Notes: generated by a model from the letters alone, not told the origin. Numbered from the stretch's first letter, positions 19,100-29,045 are shown. The stretch: DNA of 64,000 nucleotides from Phycisphaerae bacterium (GCA_035548175.1 DASZTO010000053.1:8472-72471), one strand, 5' to 3'. A program made the numbers and translations.

Positions 19100-21871
19100 A
19101 TGACCGACACCGCGGCGAAAGATTCGATTCATGCGATTGATCCGGCGACGCTGACGCCGGCGATGCGGCAGTATCAGCAGTACAAGCAGCAGTATCCGGA
19201 TGCGATTTTGTTTTTTCGCATCGGGGATTTTTACGAATGCTTTTACGAGGATGCGCGGACGGTGGCGCGGGTGCTGGGGGTGGCGCTGACGGCGCGGAGC
19301 AAGGGAGAGAATCCGGTGCCGATGGCGGGGGTGCCGTTCCATGCGGTGGAGACGTATCTGCATCGGATGATCGCGGCGGGGTACAAGGTGGCGATCTGCG
19401 AGCAGATGGAGGATCCCAAGAATGCCAAGGGGGTGATCAAGCGGGAGGTGACGCGGCTGGTGACGCCGGGGACGCTGACCGAGGAGGCGATGCTGGATGG
19501 GCGGGAGGAGAATTTTCTGGCGGCGGCGGTTTGTGGAAACGCAAAAGGCAAAGCACAAAACGCAAAAACGGGGGGAGGTGACGTAGCGACTGCGGAGGGT
19601 GGGGATATTTGTGCGCTGGCCTGGTGCGAGCTTTCGACGGGGAAGTTTCTGACGTTTGTCGGCTCGGCGGCGGCGTGCCGGGAGGAAGTGGCGCGGGTGC
19701 GGCCGCGGGAATTGCTGTTCGCGGAGGGCGGGGACCAGCAGGGCGGCGCGGCGCCGGGGTGGGTGGAGGATTTTCGCGGTGCGATTGCCGGGGGCGGCGC
19801 CGGGCCGGCGCTCACGGGCAGGCCGGCGTGGCAGATGGATGGCCATCATGCGGCGCAGATGCTCAAGTCGCACTATGGGGTGGCGTCGTTTGGGGGGTTT
19901 GGCTATGAGACGGACGGGGAGTTGGCGCTGCGGGCGGCGGGGGCGCTGGTGGCGTATCTGCATGAGACGCAGAAGGCGGCGCTGGAGCATTTGCAGCCGC
20001 CGCGGGCGTTCGAGCGGACGCGGCACCTGGTGATCGATCCGACGAGTCTGCGCAGCCTGGAAGTGCTGCGGACGATGCGGGGCAACGGGGTGGAGGGATC
20101 GCTGGTGGGGGCGATCGATCGGACGCTCACGCCGATGGGCTCGCGGCTGCTCAGGAACTGGCTGTGCTATCCGCTGCGCGATGTCGGGGAGATTTGCCGG
20201 CGTCACGATGCGGTGGAGCAGCTTGTCGGCGAGGAGCAGGCGCTGACGAAGATCCGTGCGGCGCTGGCGGAATGCTCGGACATCGAGAGGATCACGGCGC
20301 GCTTGTGCTGCCGGCGGGCGAGTCCGCGGGACCTGGTGGCGCTGGCGCGGAGCCTGGGGACGCTGACCTCGGCGGCGGTGACGCTGGCGGAATTGGCGGC
20401 GCAGGGCGGGGATGGACGGCATTGGGAGGCGCTGCTGGATGCGGCGCCGGCGGGCAACGACATCGCGGCGGAGATCACCTGCTGCATTGTCGACGAGCCG
20501 CCGGGGCATCTGCGGGATGGGAACATCATTCGCGATGGATGCAATGCGGAGCTGGATCGGCTGCGGGCGCTGTCGCGCGATTCGCGCACATTTCTGGCCG
20601 AGTATCAATCGAAGCTGATCGCCCGCTGCAGCATTCCGTCGCTGAAGGTCGGCTACAACAAGGTGTTCGGGTTTTATATCGAAGTGACGAACACGCATGT
20701 GGAGAAGATTCCGGCGGACTTCATCCGCAAGCAGACGGTGCGGAACGCGGAGCGCTACATCACGCCGGAGCTGAAGCAGTATGAATCGGATATTTTAACG
20801 GCGCAGGAGCGGGGCCTGGCGCTGGAGCAGGAGATTTTCGAGAACCTGCGCACGAAGCTGGCGGAGCGCGTGGAGACGCTGCAGAAGCTGGCGGCGTGTG
20901 CGGCAGAGCTGGATGTGTTTGGGGGGCTGGCGACGCTGGCGCGGGCGCGGCGCTATTGCCGGCCGATGATGACCGGTGAGAAGGTGCTGGCGATCGAGGA
21001 TGGGCGCCATCCGGTGGTGGAGCAGACGCTGGGGGAGAAATTCGTGCCCAACGACACGGCCATGGGCGAGAAGTCAGAAGTCAGCAGTCAGAAGTCAGAA
21101 GGGGTGACGCTGCATCTGATTACCGGGCCGAACATGGCGGGCAAGTCAACGTATATTCGGCAGGTGGCGCTGCTGGTGCTGATGGCGCAGGCGGGGTCGT
21201 TCATTCCAGCCAAGCGTGCGACGATCGGGGTGGTGGATCGGCTGTTCACGCGCGTGGGGGCCTCCGACGACCTGGCCGGCGGGCAGTCGACGTTCATGGT
21301 GGAAATGACCGAGACGGCGAACATCCTGCATCATGCGACGGAGCAGTCGCTGGTGATTCTGGATGAGATCGGGCGGGGGACGTCGACGCTCGACGGGCTG
21401 GCGCTGGCGTGGGCGATCGCGGAGTTTCTCGCGGACACGACCAGGGCGCGAACGCTCTTTGCGACGCACTATCACGAGCTGACCGAGCTTGCGGAGACGA
21501 GCAAAGCGGTGGCGAATTACAACGTGCTGGTGCGCGAGTGGGAGGACCAGGTGGTCTTCATGCACCGCATCGCGCCGGGCCAGGCGGACAAGAGTTACGG
21601 GGTGCAGGTGGCGCGGCTGGCGGGGGTGCCGCGGAGCGTGATCGCGCGGGCGCGGGCGTTGATGGGGCAACTGGCGGTGCACGTGGGCAAGAGCGGGAGG
21701 GCCAAGGCCGCGGCGGCGACGGTGACCCCGCAGATCGGGATGTTTGATCCTGTCGATCAGCAGGCGCTCACGCAGCTTCGCGCCCTGGACATGAACCGCA
21801 TGAGCCCGATGCAGGCGTGGGAAGCGCTCAAGGCGCTGCAGGGGATGGTGGAGCAGAAGAAGGGCGGCTGA
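19100..21871 (+). CDS. mutS: DNA mismatch repair protein MutS
   Basis: N-terminal TPAMRQYQQYKQQYPDAILFFRIGDFYECFYEDA with GVPFHAVETYL (mismatch-binding domain). Walker A ITGPNMAGKSTYIRQ. DEIGRGTST and the C-terminal HTH region are present. The start is taken at MTDTAAKD (19100). Confidence 0.92.
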   Translation: MTDTAAKDSIHAIDPATLTPAMRQYQQYKQQYPDAILFFRIGDFYECFYEDARTVARVLGVALTARSKGENPVPMAGVPFHAVETYLHRMIAAGYKVAICEQMEDPKNAKGVIKREVTRLVTPGTLTEEAMLDGREENFLAAAVCGNAKGKAQNAKTGGGDVATAEGGDICALAWCELSTGKFLTFVGSAAACREEVARVRPRELLFAEGGDQQGGAAPGWVEDFRGAIAGGGAGPALTGRPAWQMDGHHAAQMLKSHYGVASFGGFGYETDGELALRAAGALVAYLHETQKAALEHLQPPRAFERTRHLVIDPTSLRSLEVLRTMRGNGVEGSLVGAIDRTLTPMGSRLLRNWLCYPLRDVGEICRRHDAVEQLVGEEQALTKIRAALAECSDIERITARLCCRRASPRDLVALARSLGTLTSAAVTLAELAAQGGDGRHWEALLDAAPAGNDIAAEITCCIVDEPPGHLRDGNIIRDGCNAELDRLRALSRDSRTFLAEYQSKLIARCSIPSLKVGYNKVFGFYIEVTNTHVEKIPADFIRKQTVRNAERYITPELKQYESDILTAQERGLALEQEIFENLRTKLAERVETLQKLAACAAELDVFGGLATLARARRYCRPMMTGEKVLAIEDGRHPVVEQTLGEKFVPNDTAMGEKSEVSSQKSEGVTLHLITGPNMAGKSTYIRQVALLVLMAQAGSFIPAKRATIGVVDRLFTRVGASDDLAGGQSTFMVEMTETANILHHATEQSLVILDEIGRGTSTLDGLALAWAIAEFLADTTRARTLFATHYHELTELAETSKAVANYNVLVREWEDQVVFMHRIAPGQADKSYGVQVARLAGVPRSVIARARALMGQLAVHVGKSGRAKAAAATVTPQIGMFDPVDQQALTQLRALDMNRMSPMQAWEALKALQGMVEQKKGG
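21069..21100 (+). repeat. Heptanucleotide tandem repeat (GAAGTCA)x4 inside the mutS coding region, in frame as EKSEVSSQKSE
   Basis: gaagtca gaagtca gcagtca gaagtca gaag read directly. It sits ~15 codons before the Walker A motif, where E. coli MutS has no equivalent residues. Confidence 0.7.
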
Positions 21872-21904
21872 GGTCAGCGCGGGGCGGCGGGCGGCAAGGG
21901 CGCT

Positions 21905-23392
21905 TTATTTGCCGCGGGATTCGATGATCGAGATGGTCAGCGTGGCGGCGGATTGGACGGATTGATCCTTCTCGGTCACGCGCAGATGGGCTTTCAGGGC
22001 GGGGATGCTGGCGCGCGTGCCCAGGGTTTCCAGGAGATGGCAGGCCTCGACGCGCACGGCGGGATCGTCGCTTTCAAGCTGTGCCGCCACCGCCTTCTCC
22101 GCGACCGGTCCCATGGCCAGCAGACAGCGCCGCGTCCACAGACGCTCCTGGGCGTCTGACAACAGCGGCGCCACGGCCTGCGCCAGCCCTTCGGTCTTCA
22201 GGGCCGCGGCCAGATCGAGCAGGTCATGGCGCGCGTCGCCGGTGGCCTGCGGTATCTTTTCGGCGAGGACCTTTTCGGTCGATGCATCCGCCCAGTGATG
22301 AAGCGACGTGAGGGCGGCGGTGTGAATGGCCAGATCGGGATCCGCAAGGAGATCGGCCAGCGCCCCGGTGACGGCGGAACGGTCGTCGCCGGGCACGGGC
22401 TTTTGCTTGCCCAGCCAGACGGCGCTTTGATAGCGCGTGTTCCAGTCGTGATGCTTCAGGCGCGTCACCGCGTCGGCGATGGACTCGGGCGTGGGCGAGG
22501 AGGGAATGGGAACAATGGCGGGTGCGGGCGGATCGTTGTTCGTGCCCGGCACATCGGGCGCGGCGGGAAAATGCGAAGCGACCTGAAGGGTGGCGTCCGC
22601 GGCGGGGGTCGCCGGGGCGGCGGGAACATCCGGAGCGAACGTGGCCACGGCGGAATTGTCGGCGATCCCGGACTGCGGCTCGGAGGGTCCGGCAGGAGCG
22701 AGCGTCTCCGAGCGCTCGGCGGCGGCGGGAGGCGGCGAGGAGGGGCTGTAAGAAGCGGTGGATTCCAGCGGCGGCGCTCCGGTGCCGAAATGGAACGTGG
22801 AAAACGCGGACTCGAAAACGGGTTCGGCCTGCGCCCATTGGGAGTTGAGCGCCATGCCCATCACCGTATAGAGCTTGCGGTCGGCCGTCATGATCATCAG
22901 CGCGCGGCCGCGGGCGGGCTGGCCGTTGATCACCAGATCCAGGTCGGCGAGGTAGCCCGGATGGCCATCGACGGCGACGCTGTGAACGTCGGCCAGCTTG
23001 CCGGTCAGGCCCGAGAGCGGAATGTTTTTGCCCCTGGAGACCATGAGCACCGCGCCCAGGGCCGCCTTGGGGGGGTTTCTGTCGACGGCGACGCCAATGA
23101 CTTCGCCGGGCCTGACGGTCACGATGTAATCGCCGGTCGTGGGCGAGGAATTGCTGCGCGTGCCGCCGGCGGCGCGGGGGTAATTCATCGAGGTGTTGGT
23201 GATTGCATCGAAGTGGGGATGGGGATCGAGCGCGGCGGAATCGACCATGTGGAGTGAAGCGGGGGGGAAATTGGGGCTGATCGCTCCCATGCCGATAAGG
23301 AAGCCCTTAACAAACGCGCCGCCGATCATCAGCACGATGAGGACGACACATGCGATGAGTACCTTGGAAATGACTCCGGCGCGGGCTCGCAC
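21905..23392 (-). CDS. Membrane-anchored HEAT-repeat protein, unknown function
   Basis: N-terminal TM helix (VISKVLIACVVLIVLMIGGAFV). A Pro-rich linker. The C-terminal ~170 aa are HEAT/PBS-lyase-like repeats (DPDLAIHTAALTSL.., DPAVRVEACHLLETLG..). Confidence 0.6.
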   Translation of the reverse strand: MRARAGVISKVLIACVVLIVLMIGGAFVKGFLIGMGAISPNFPPASLHMVDSAALDPHPHFDAITNTSMNYPRAAGGTRSNSSPTTGDYIVTVRPGEVIGVAVDRNPPKAALGAVLMVSRGKNIPLSGLTGKLADVHSVAVDGHPGYLADLDLVINGQPARGRALMIMTADRKLYTVMGMALNSQWAQAEPVFESAFSTFHFGTGAPPLESTASYSPSSPPPAAAERSETLAPAGPSEPQSGIADNSAVATFAPDVPAAPATPAADATLQVASHFPAAPDVPGTNNDPPAPAIVPIPSSPTPESIADAVTRLKHHDWNTRYQSAVWLGKQKPVPGDDRSAVTGALADLLADPDLAIHTAALTSLHHWADASTEKVLAEKIPQATGDARHDLLDLAAALKTEGLAQAVAPLLSDAQERLWTRRCLLAMGPVAEKAVAAQLESDDPAVRVEACHLLETLGTRASIPALKAHLRVTEKDQSVQSAATLTISIIESRGK

Positions 23393-23532
23393 GGTGAATC
23401 TCCCAGCAAGATGTGATGGCGTCGGGACAGTCAGAAAGGACGCCCTTAACCTATCGATTCAACGGGGCGAAAACAATAGCTCCGCGCCGGGAAACGGAGG
23501 CTTTTCGCGGGGGCCGTCCCTATACTGCACGC

Positions 23533-24525
23533 ATGCGAGAAAATGAATTTCTTCATTTTGTTTTTCAAAACTCCCCGGCGAGCGCTCAGGTGCCCATCGG
23601 CGTGGGAGACGACATGGCGGCGGTGCGGCTGGCGCGACGGGGGGAGCAGGGTGAGCAAGCGCCCGAGGGGAACGCGGGTGGGGATGAGTCGCTGGCGCTG
23701 CTGAAGATCGATCAATGCCTCGACGGGGTGCACGTGGATCTGCGCCGGCACTCGGCGGCGCAGGCGGGGCGCAAGGCCGTGAACCGCTGTCTTTCGGATT
23801 GTGCGGCGATGGCGTGCGTGCCGGCGGCCATCACGATCAGCGTGGCGCTGCCGCGGGAAGGTCCCGGGAGCGGCGAGGCGTTTGCGCGGGATCTTTTTGT
23901 GGCGTGCCGGGATGCCGCGGCGGAGTTTGATTGCCCGCTGGTCGGCGGGGATACCGCCATCTGGGACGGCCGGCTGGTGATCGTCGTTTCCGCGCTGGGC
24001 CGGCAGGCGCCCGGCGTCATCCCCGTGCGCCGCGATGGAGCGAAAATCGGGGATGCACTGTTCGTTTCCGGAGCGCTCGGCGGATCGATCCTCGGCCGGC
24101 ATCTGACCTTCACGCCACGCATCGCGCTGGCCCAGACGCTGGCCCGCGCGGCAGGCACGGGACCCGCCGGCGCGCTCCATGCCATGATGGATCTCTCCGA
24201 TGGCCTGGCTGCGGATTTGCCCCGCCTCTGCGCCGCTTCCCGCGCCGGAGCGGATATCCACACCGCCAATCTCCCGGTGCATGAGGACGCCTGGCGGCTC
24301 TCCGAAAAAGACCGCCTGCCGGCCGCCCTGCACGCGCTCATCGACGGCGAGGATTACGAACTGCTTTTCGCAATCGACCCGGAAGCGGCGCCGAAAATCG
24401 TCGGCCTGTCGGATGTGCCGTTGACCGTCATCGGCACGGTCACCGCGGGACCGGAACTGCGGCTGATCGACCCTTCGGGCGCTGCGCACCCCTGGCCCAA
24501 GGGGGGATGGGAACATCGGGGATGA
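23533..24525 (+). CDS. thiL: Thiamine-monophosphate kinase
   Basis: AIR-synthase-related fold motifs: GVGDDMAAV, DCPLVGGDTA, ALFVSGALGGS. Length ~330 aa. Confidence 0.8.
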   Translation: MRENEFLHFVFQNSPASAQVPIGVGDDMAAVRLARRGEQGEQAPEGNAGGDESLALLKIDQCLDGVHVDLRRHSAAQAGRKAVNRCLSDCAAMACVPAAITISVALPREGPGSGEAFARDLFVACRDAAAEFDCPLVGGDTAIWDGRLVIVVSALGRQAPGVIPVRRDGAKIGDALFVSGALGGSILGRHLTFTPRIALAQTLARAAGTGPAGALHAMMDLSDGLAADLPRLCAASRAGADIHTANLPVHEDAWRLSEKDRLPAALHALIDGEDYELLFAIDPEAAPKIVGLSDVPLTVIGTVTAGPELRLIDPSGAAHPWPKGGWEHRG

Positions 24526-24544
24526 CGCCCTGGAGAAGGCCCTG

Positions 24545-25420
24545 TCACGCCAGGTCGCGGTAAATCGCCAGCGGCGTCAGGCTCAGCGCCGGAAACTGCG
24601 GGGCGCTGGCCACCCGGTGAATCCGGTTCACCGCCAGCGCCAGCCGCTCGAACATGTCCTCCACCGCATTGCCCGTGGGCATCACCGGCGTGTTGTCCGC
24701 CTTGCCCGCGTTGACCATCCCCAGCACCTTCCACCCGGAATTGCCCGGCCCCGCCGCATCGATGTCGCAGCCATATTTCTGCGAGATCACCGCCGGACTC
24801 TCGAGAAATCCCCCGGGCAAACAGGTGCCGACGAACATTTCGCCGCGCTGGCTGCCGGTGGGAACGACCTTCAGCCGCACCGCCTGGCCGAAGAGTTCGC
24901 GCACCACCTCCGTCAGCTCTTCCATCTTCCAGCCCTCGAGGTCCTTGAGCTGCCGCTGATGTTCCTTCACCTTGTCATCGAGTTCCTGCTGCGTGATCTG
25001 GTGGGCTTCGCGGCGTTGCTTGAGCGCGGAAAGCTCCGCCCGCTGCGTCACCTTCAGCATCCGCGGCATCGTTTCCATCACGCTGGCCAGCCAGGGATAA
25101 TCCAGCAGCCGCACCAGCCCGGTCGTGCGGATGAACTGGCCATCCTGAAAAAGCTGCGGGCTCCACTGGGAAAAATCGTACGCCGCGCCGACGTCCGCGA
25201 TGCGATCCCGCAGCGCCGCTTCGAGCCCCGCGAACACCGACGCATGCAGGCTGCGCGTTTCGCCCTCGTGCCTGTAAAAGCGGCGATCGTCGGCCAGAGC
25301 GCCCGACAGCACGGACAGCCCGCTCGCCCCGGCGCCGCCGTCGCCCGGCGCCGCCTGCGCCGCCAGCACGCGCACGCGCTCCCAGTCCAGATAGATGTAG
25401 TCACGCAGCGGCATCGTCAT
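24545..25420 (-). CDS. Hypothetical cytoplasmic protein (~290 aa) with central coiled-coil; no recognisable domain
   Basis: Good RBS (GGGAGG, 7 nt) before the ATG at 25420. No TM helix or signal peptide. A coiled-coil segment LKQRREAHQITQQELDDKVKEHQRQLKDLEG. I could not place it in a known family. Confidence 0.55.
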   Translation of the reverse strand: MTMPLRDYIYLDWERVRVLAAQAAPGDGGAGASGLSVLSGALADDRRFYRHEGETRSLHASVFAGLEAALRDRIADVGAAYDFSQWSPQLFQDGQFIRTTGLVRLLDYPWLASVMETMPRMLKVTQRAELSALKQRREAHQITQQELDDKVKEHQRQLKDLEGWKMEELTEVVRELFGQAVRLKVVPTGSQRGEMFVGTCLPGGFLESPAVISQKYGCDIDAAGPGNSGWKVLGMVNAGKADNTPVMPTGNAVEDMFERLALAVNRIHRVASAPQFPALSLTPLAIYRDLA

Positions 25421-25471
25421 GGCAGGGCCTCCCAAAACGGTCACGCAGCATCGCCCCATCGGTGGGCGGCG

Positions 25472-25484
25472 TCAATTGCTATAA
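25472..25484 (+). promoter_or_regulatory. Candidate sigma70 -10 element (TATAAT) for the downstream secreted-protein gene
   Basis: gctataatgggcg lies ~55 nt upstream of the ATG at 25537. An identical gctataatg context lies upstream of rnpB. Confidence 0.35.
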
Positions 25485-25536
25485 TGGGCGAGAATCGGCG
25501 GAGAAGCTGACCGGAAAAGACACGGAGGCCCAGGCC

Positions 25537-26793
25537 ATGCGGACGATCCACTGGTTGGCGGCGATCGTGGTCACAGCCGCCGCCGCGGTGATTCCGGCGG
25601 CGGCGCAGACCCAGACCTCCAGCGGCAATGCCGTCGGCGGCGTGGCGATCACCACCGAGGGACTGCTGCACATCCCGCGCACCAGCGTCGCCCATCTCCC
25701 GCTGACGCCGCAGAAAAACGCCACCCTCGTCTACATTTCGCTCCCCCACCTCCTGGCCGACGCCAAGGCGCTCGTCGATGCCGGCCGCCCGCTGCCGCCG
25801 GAAATCCGCTTTCTCCACGGCCTCACGCAGATTCAATACCTCTTCGCTTTCCCCCAGGAGCACGACCTGGTCATCGCCGGCCCGGCTGAAACGGTGCGCG
25901 CGGACAACCCGCTGGAACCCGTCGGCGCCGCCAGCGGTCGCCCGGTGTTGCAGTTCGACGACCTGGCCGTGGTATTCCGCGCGCTTTACTCCGGCGGCGG
26001 CAACGGCGGGCGCGGGCGGGACTTCTTCGGCTGTTCCATCGATCCGGCCCCCGGAGAAATCGCCGCCGCCGACGCCCTGGTCGCACGCTACGGCGCCGAT
26101 CGCCAGCGCCTCCTCGAAGAAATGCACAAAGCCATCGGACCCGAGCAGGTGAAGATCTTCGGCGTGCCCGAGGATTCCCGCGTCGCTCTGACCATGGTCG
26201 CCGCCGATTACCGCCTCAAACGCCTCAGCATGGGTCTGGAAATCGCCCCGGGCATCGGCAGCGCGCTGGGCAGCTCCGGCGCCGGCCGCTTCTGGTTCCG
26301 GCCCAGTTACGACCCCCTGCTGGTCTCGCGCGACGGTCTCAGTTACGCCTTCCGCGGCAAGCGACTCGAAGTGTCCGTCGGTGAAATCGATGCGCAAACC
26401 GGTCCCGTGCCGCCTTCCGTCACCCGCTTCAGCAAGCAATTCACCGACAAAATGGACCTCGTCGCAGGACGGGTCGATGCCGTCGCCGATCTGCAGAACA
26501 TCACCGACCTGTTCCTGCTGGCGGCGATTGTGCGGCAGGATGGGCTCGCGACCAGGACCGGCACCGATCTCTCGTGGCTGCTGGCCGCCGACAAATTCCA
26601 CGTGGCCAGCGTCCCGGTGCCGCGCACCGCCGAAACACTGATCACCGTCAGCGGCGACGAACTCGCCCGCGGCGGCGTCGCCATCGCCGGCCGGGGCATG
26701 GGACGCATGGCCCGGGGCAACGGCGACGCCATTCTCGCCTCCGTGCGCCGCCGTCCCACGGACAGCTGGTGTATCACCGCGCCGCTCAAATAG
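25537..26793 (+). CDS. Secreted hypothetical protein (~418 aa)
   Basis: Signal peptide MRTIHWLAAIVVTAAAAVIPAAAQ. No other recognisable motif. Divergently arranged with the hypothetical at 24545-25420. Confidence 0.6.
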   Translation: MRTIHWLAAIVVTAAAAVIPAAAQTQTSSGNAVGGVAITTEGLLHIPRTSVAHLPLTPQKNATLVYISLPHLLADAKALVDAGRPLPPEIRFLHGLTQIQYLFAFPQEHDLVIAGPAETVRADNPLEPVGAASGRPVLQFDDLAVVFRALYSGGGNGGRGRDFFGCSIDPAPGEIAAADALVARYGADRQRLLEEMHKAIGPEQVKIFGVPEDSRVALTMVAADYRLKRLSMGLEIAPGIGSALGSSGAGRFWFRPSYDPLLVSRDGLSYAFRGKRLEVSVGEIDAQTGPVPPSVTRFSKQFTDKMDLVAGRVDAVADLQNITDLFLLAAIVRQDGLATRTGTDLSWLLAADKFHVASVPVPRTAETLITVSGDELARGGVAIAGRGMGRMARGNGDAILASVRRRPTDSWCITAPLK

Positions 26794-26818
26794 CCGCATG
26801 GCCCGCAACGCCGGGCGC

Positions 26819-27613
26819 TCAGGCGATCGTCTTGACCACGCCGCCCTCCGCGCGGATGCTCGCGCCATTCACGCCCGCCGCCAGCGGACTGCACAGGAAC
26901 GCCACCACGTTGGCGATTTCCTCCGGCGTCTCGAAGCGCTTCAGCAGCGAGCTGGGCCGCACGTGCGCGAAAAACTCCTTCTCGATCTCCGCCGGCGCCT
27001 TCTGCTGCGCCGCCGCCATCTGCGCCACGAATGTCCCCACGCCCTCTGATTTTGTCGGCCCGGCCAGCACGGAATTCACCGTGACCGCCGACCCCGCCGT
27101 CAGCTCCGCCAGCCCCCGCGCCACCGCAAGCTGGGCCGTCTTGGTCATGCCATAGTGGATCATCTCCGCGGGGATGCTCAGGGCCGATTCGCTGGAGATA
27201 AAAATGATCCGGCCGCGGTTGTTTTTCAGCATGCGCGGGAAGTAATGCCGGGCCAGCCGCACCCCCGAAAGCACGTTGGTTTCAAAAAAGCGCAGCCAGT
27301 CGGCATCGGGAATTTCCGCGAAGGGCTTGGGCTCGAAGATGCCCAGGTTGTTCACCAGAATGTCCGCGTCCGGCCAGTGGCGAATCAGGGCGTCGGCGCC
27401 GTCCGCGGTGGACAGGTCCGCAGCCAGGCCAGACACGGCCGCTCCGGGCGCCGCCCCGGCAATCCGGCCTGACGCCGCATCCACGCGTCCCTGCGTTCGT
27501 CCATTGATGAGCACGTGCGCCCCCTCCCGCGCCAGCGCCGCCGCGATGGCCAGCCCGATGCCCGCCGTCGAGCCGGTCACGATCGCTTTTTGTCCGTTGA
27601 GCTTGAGATCCAT
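26819..27613 (-). CDS. SDR-family short-chain dehydrogenase/reductase
   Basis: TGSTAGIGLAIA (TGxxxGIG cofactor motif), NNLG, and catalytic YGMTK (YxxxK). Confidence 0.85.
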   Translation of the reverse strand: MDLKLNGQKAIVTGSTAGIGLAIAAALAREGAHVLINGRTQGRVDAASGRIAGAAPGAAVSGLAADLSTADGADALIRHWPDADILVNNLGIFEPKPFAEIPDADWLRFFETNVLSGVRLARHYFPRMLKNNRGRIIFISSESALSIPAEMIHYGMTKTAQLAVARGLAELTAGSAVTVNSVLAGPTKSEGVGTFVAQMAAAQQKAPAEIEKEFFAHVRPSSLLKRFETPEEIANVVAFLCSPLAAGVNGASIRAEGGVVKTIA

Positions 27614-27761
27614 AGAGATTCTCCTGGCAATGGTCCGATAGTTTAGGCAGGGACAATGCTGATTGCCCATCGCACAGCGCCGTTTCCCCATTGAGGAGCG
27701 CCGCCGAAAACGTCACAATCGGCCATCCGCCATCGGCCACGGCCACGAAAACGGGGTTTCC

Positions 27762-29045
27762 ATGAACGCAGTCACTCGGACGGCAGCACGCGCAGCGGCA
27801 CTCTCCGCCGCACTCCCCGCCGCGCTTCTGGCCGCACTCCTCCTCGCCTCCTGCCAGGATGGCGCCGGCGACGCCACCACCGATCAGGTCCCCCTCATCC
27901 ACGCGCCCCCCGCTCCGGGCGCCGCGCCGACCACCGGCCCTCTCCGCCCGGCGCATCCCGAAGCCCTGCCCGAAACGCCCATCCGTCTCGAAAAGCCGCG
28001 CGTCATCGGACCCGTCACGCCCGCGCTCGTCGCCGTGCCCGATCAGATGCCCGAACCCATGATCCGCATCAAGCTCACCGAGGAATCCGACGCGCCCCCC
28101 ACCGTGCGCCGCGCCGCTTACCGGGGACGGGTGGAAATCGTCCGCGTTCCCGCAGGCGGCGTCCCCGGCGCGCCGCTCAAATATGTCGCCATCAACACCG
28201 TGTCCATCGAAAGCTATCTCCAGGGGGTGCTGGCCAAGGAGATGTACGGGTCATGGCAACCCGAAGCGTTTGCGTCCCAGGCCATCGCCGCCCGCACCTT
28301 CGCGCTCTATTCGCTCAAAACCCAGGCGATGATCTCCCCCGAAAAGCCCTGGGACGTTTCCGACGATGAAGGTTCACAGATGTACGGCGGCATTGCCGGC
28401 GAAACCGCCAAGTCCCGCGCCGCAGTCGCCGCCACCCGCGGGCAGGTTCTCGTGATCACGCGCGGCGCAACCGCCGGCATCTTCTGCGCCCGCTACTCCG
28501 CCTGCTCCGGCGGCGCGTCCCAGGACCCCTTCGACGCCTGGGGCGATGCCTCACTCCCGCCGCTGTCGGCGCGGGTTCTGGGAAACATCGATGAAAACTG
28601 CCCGAAATTCCACTGGCCCGCGATGAGCGTTTCCAAAGCCGACATCACCCGCTGCATGCACAGCTGGGGCGAACGCAACGGCTTTGTCTACCTCACGCGC
28701 CTGGGCCCGATTCGCTCCGTCGCCGTCTCGCGGCGCAACCCCGCCACGGGCCGGCCCACGGAATTCACCCTCACCGACACCGCCGGCCGCACCGCCCCCA
28801 TCCGCGCCGAGGAATTCCGCATCGCCCTGCTCACCGACCCCGCGGGCGCCGCCCCCAGGCCCCCCTCGAGCTTCTTCGATATCCGCGACGCCGGCAGCGC
28901 CATCGTGCTCGTCAACGGACGCGGGTATGGCCATGGCATCGGCATGTCGCAATGGGGCGCGCAGGCCCTCGCCCTCGAGGGTAAAACGCACAACCAGATC
29001 CTTGGCTTCTACTACCCTGGCGCGGGCCTCCGCCAACTCTGGTAG
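27762..29045 (+). CDS. SpoIID/LytB-domain protein (lytic transglycosylase / amidase-enhancer family), lipoprotein
   Basis: Lipoprotein signal ...LLAALLLASC. SpoIID core VSIESYLQGVLAKEMYGSWQPEAFASQAIAARTFALYSL. C-terminal GYGHGIGMSQWGA. Confidence 0.75.
   Translation: MNAVTRTAARAAALSAALPAALLAALLLASCQDGAGDATTDQVPLIHAPPAPGAAPTTGPLRPAHPEALPETPIRLEKPRVIGPVTPALVAVPDQMPEPMIRIKLTEESDAPPTVRRAAYRGRVEIVRVPAGGVPGAPLKYVAINTVSIESYLQGVLAKEMYGSWQPEAFASQAIAARTFALYSLKTQAMISPEKPWDVSDDEGSQMYGGIAGETAKSRAAVAATRGQVLVITRGATAGIFCARYSACSGGASQDPFDAWGDASLPPLSARVLGNIDENCPKFHWPAMSVSKADITRCMHSWGERNGFVYLTRLGPIRSVAVSRRNPATGRPTEFTLTDTAGRTAPIRAEEFRIALLTDPAGAAPRPPSSFFDIRDAGSAIVLVNGRGYGHGIGMSQWGAQALALEGKTHNQILGFYYPGAGLRQLW

Noticed and set aside
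16604-20698. 1364-aa minus-strand ORF
   Set aside because: Antisense to the histidine kinase and mutS, which have unambiguous motifs. Composition is R/P/Q/H repeats.
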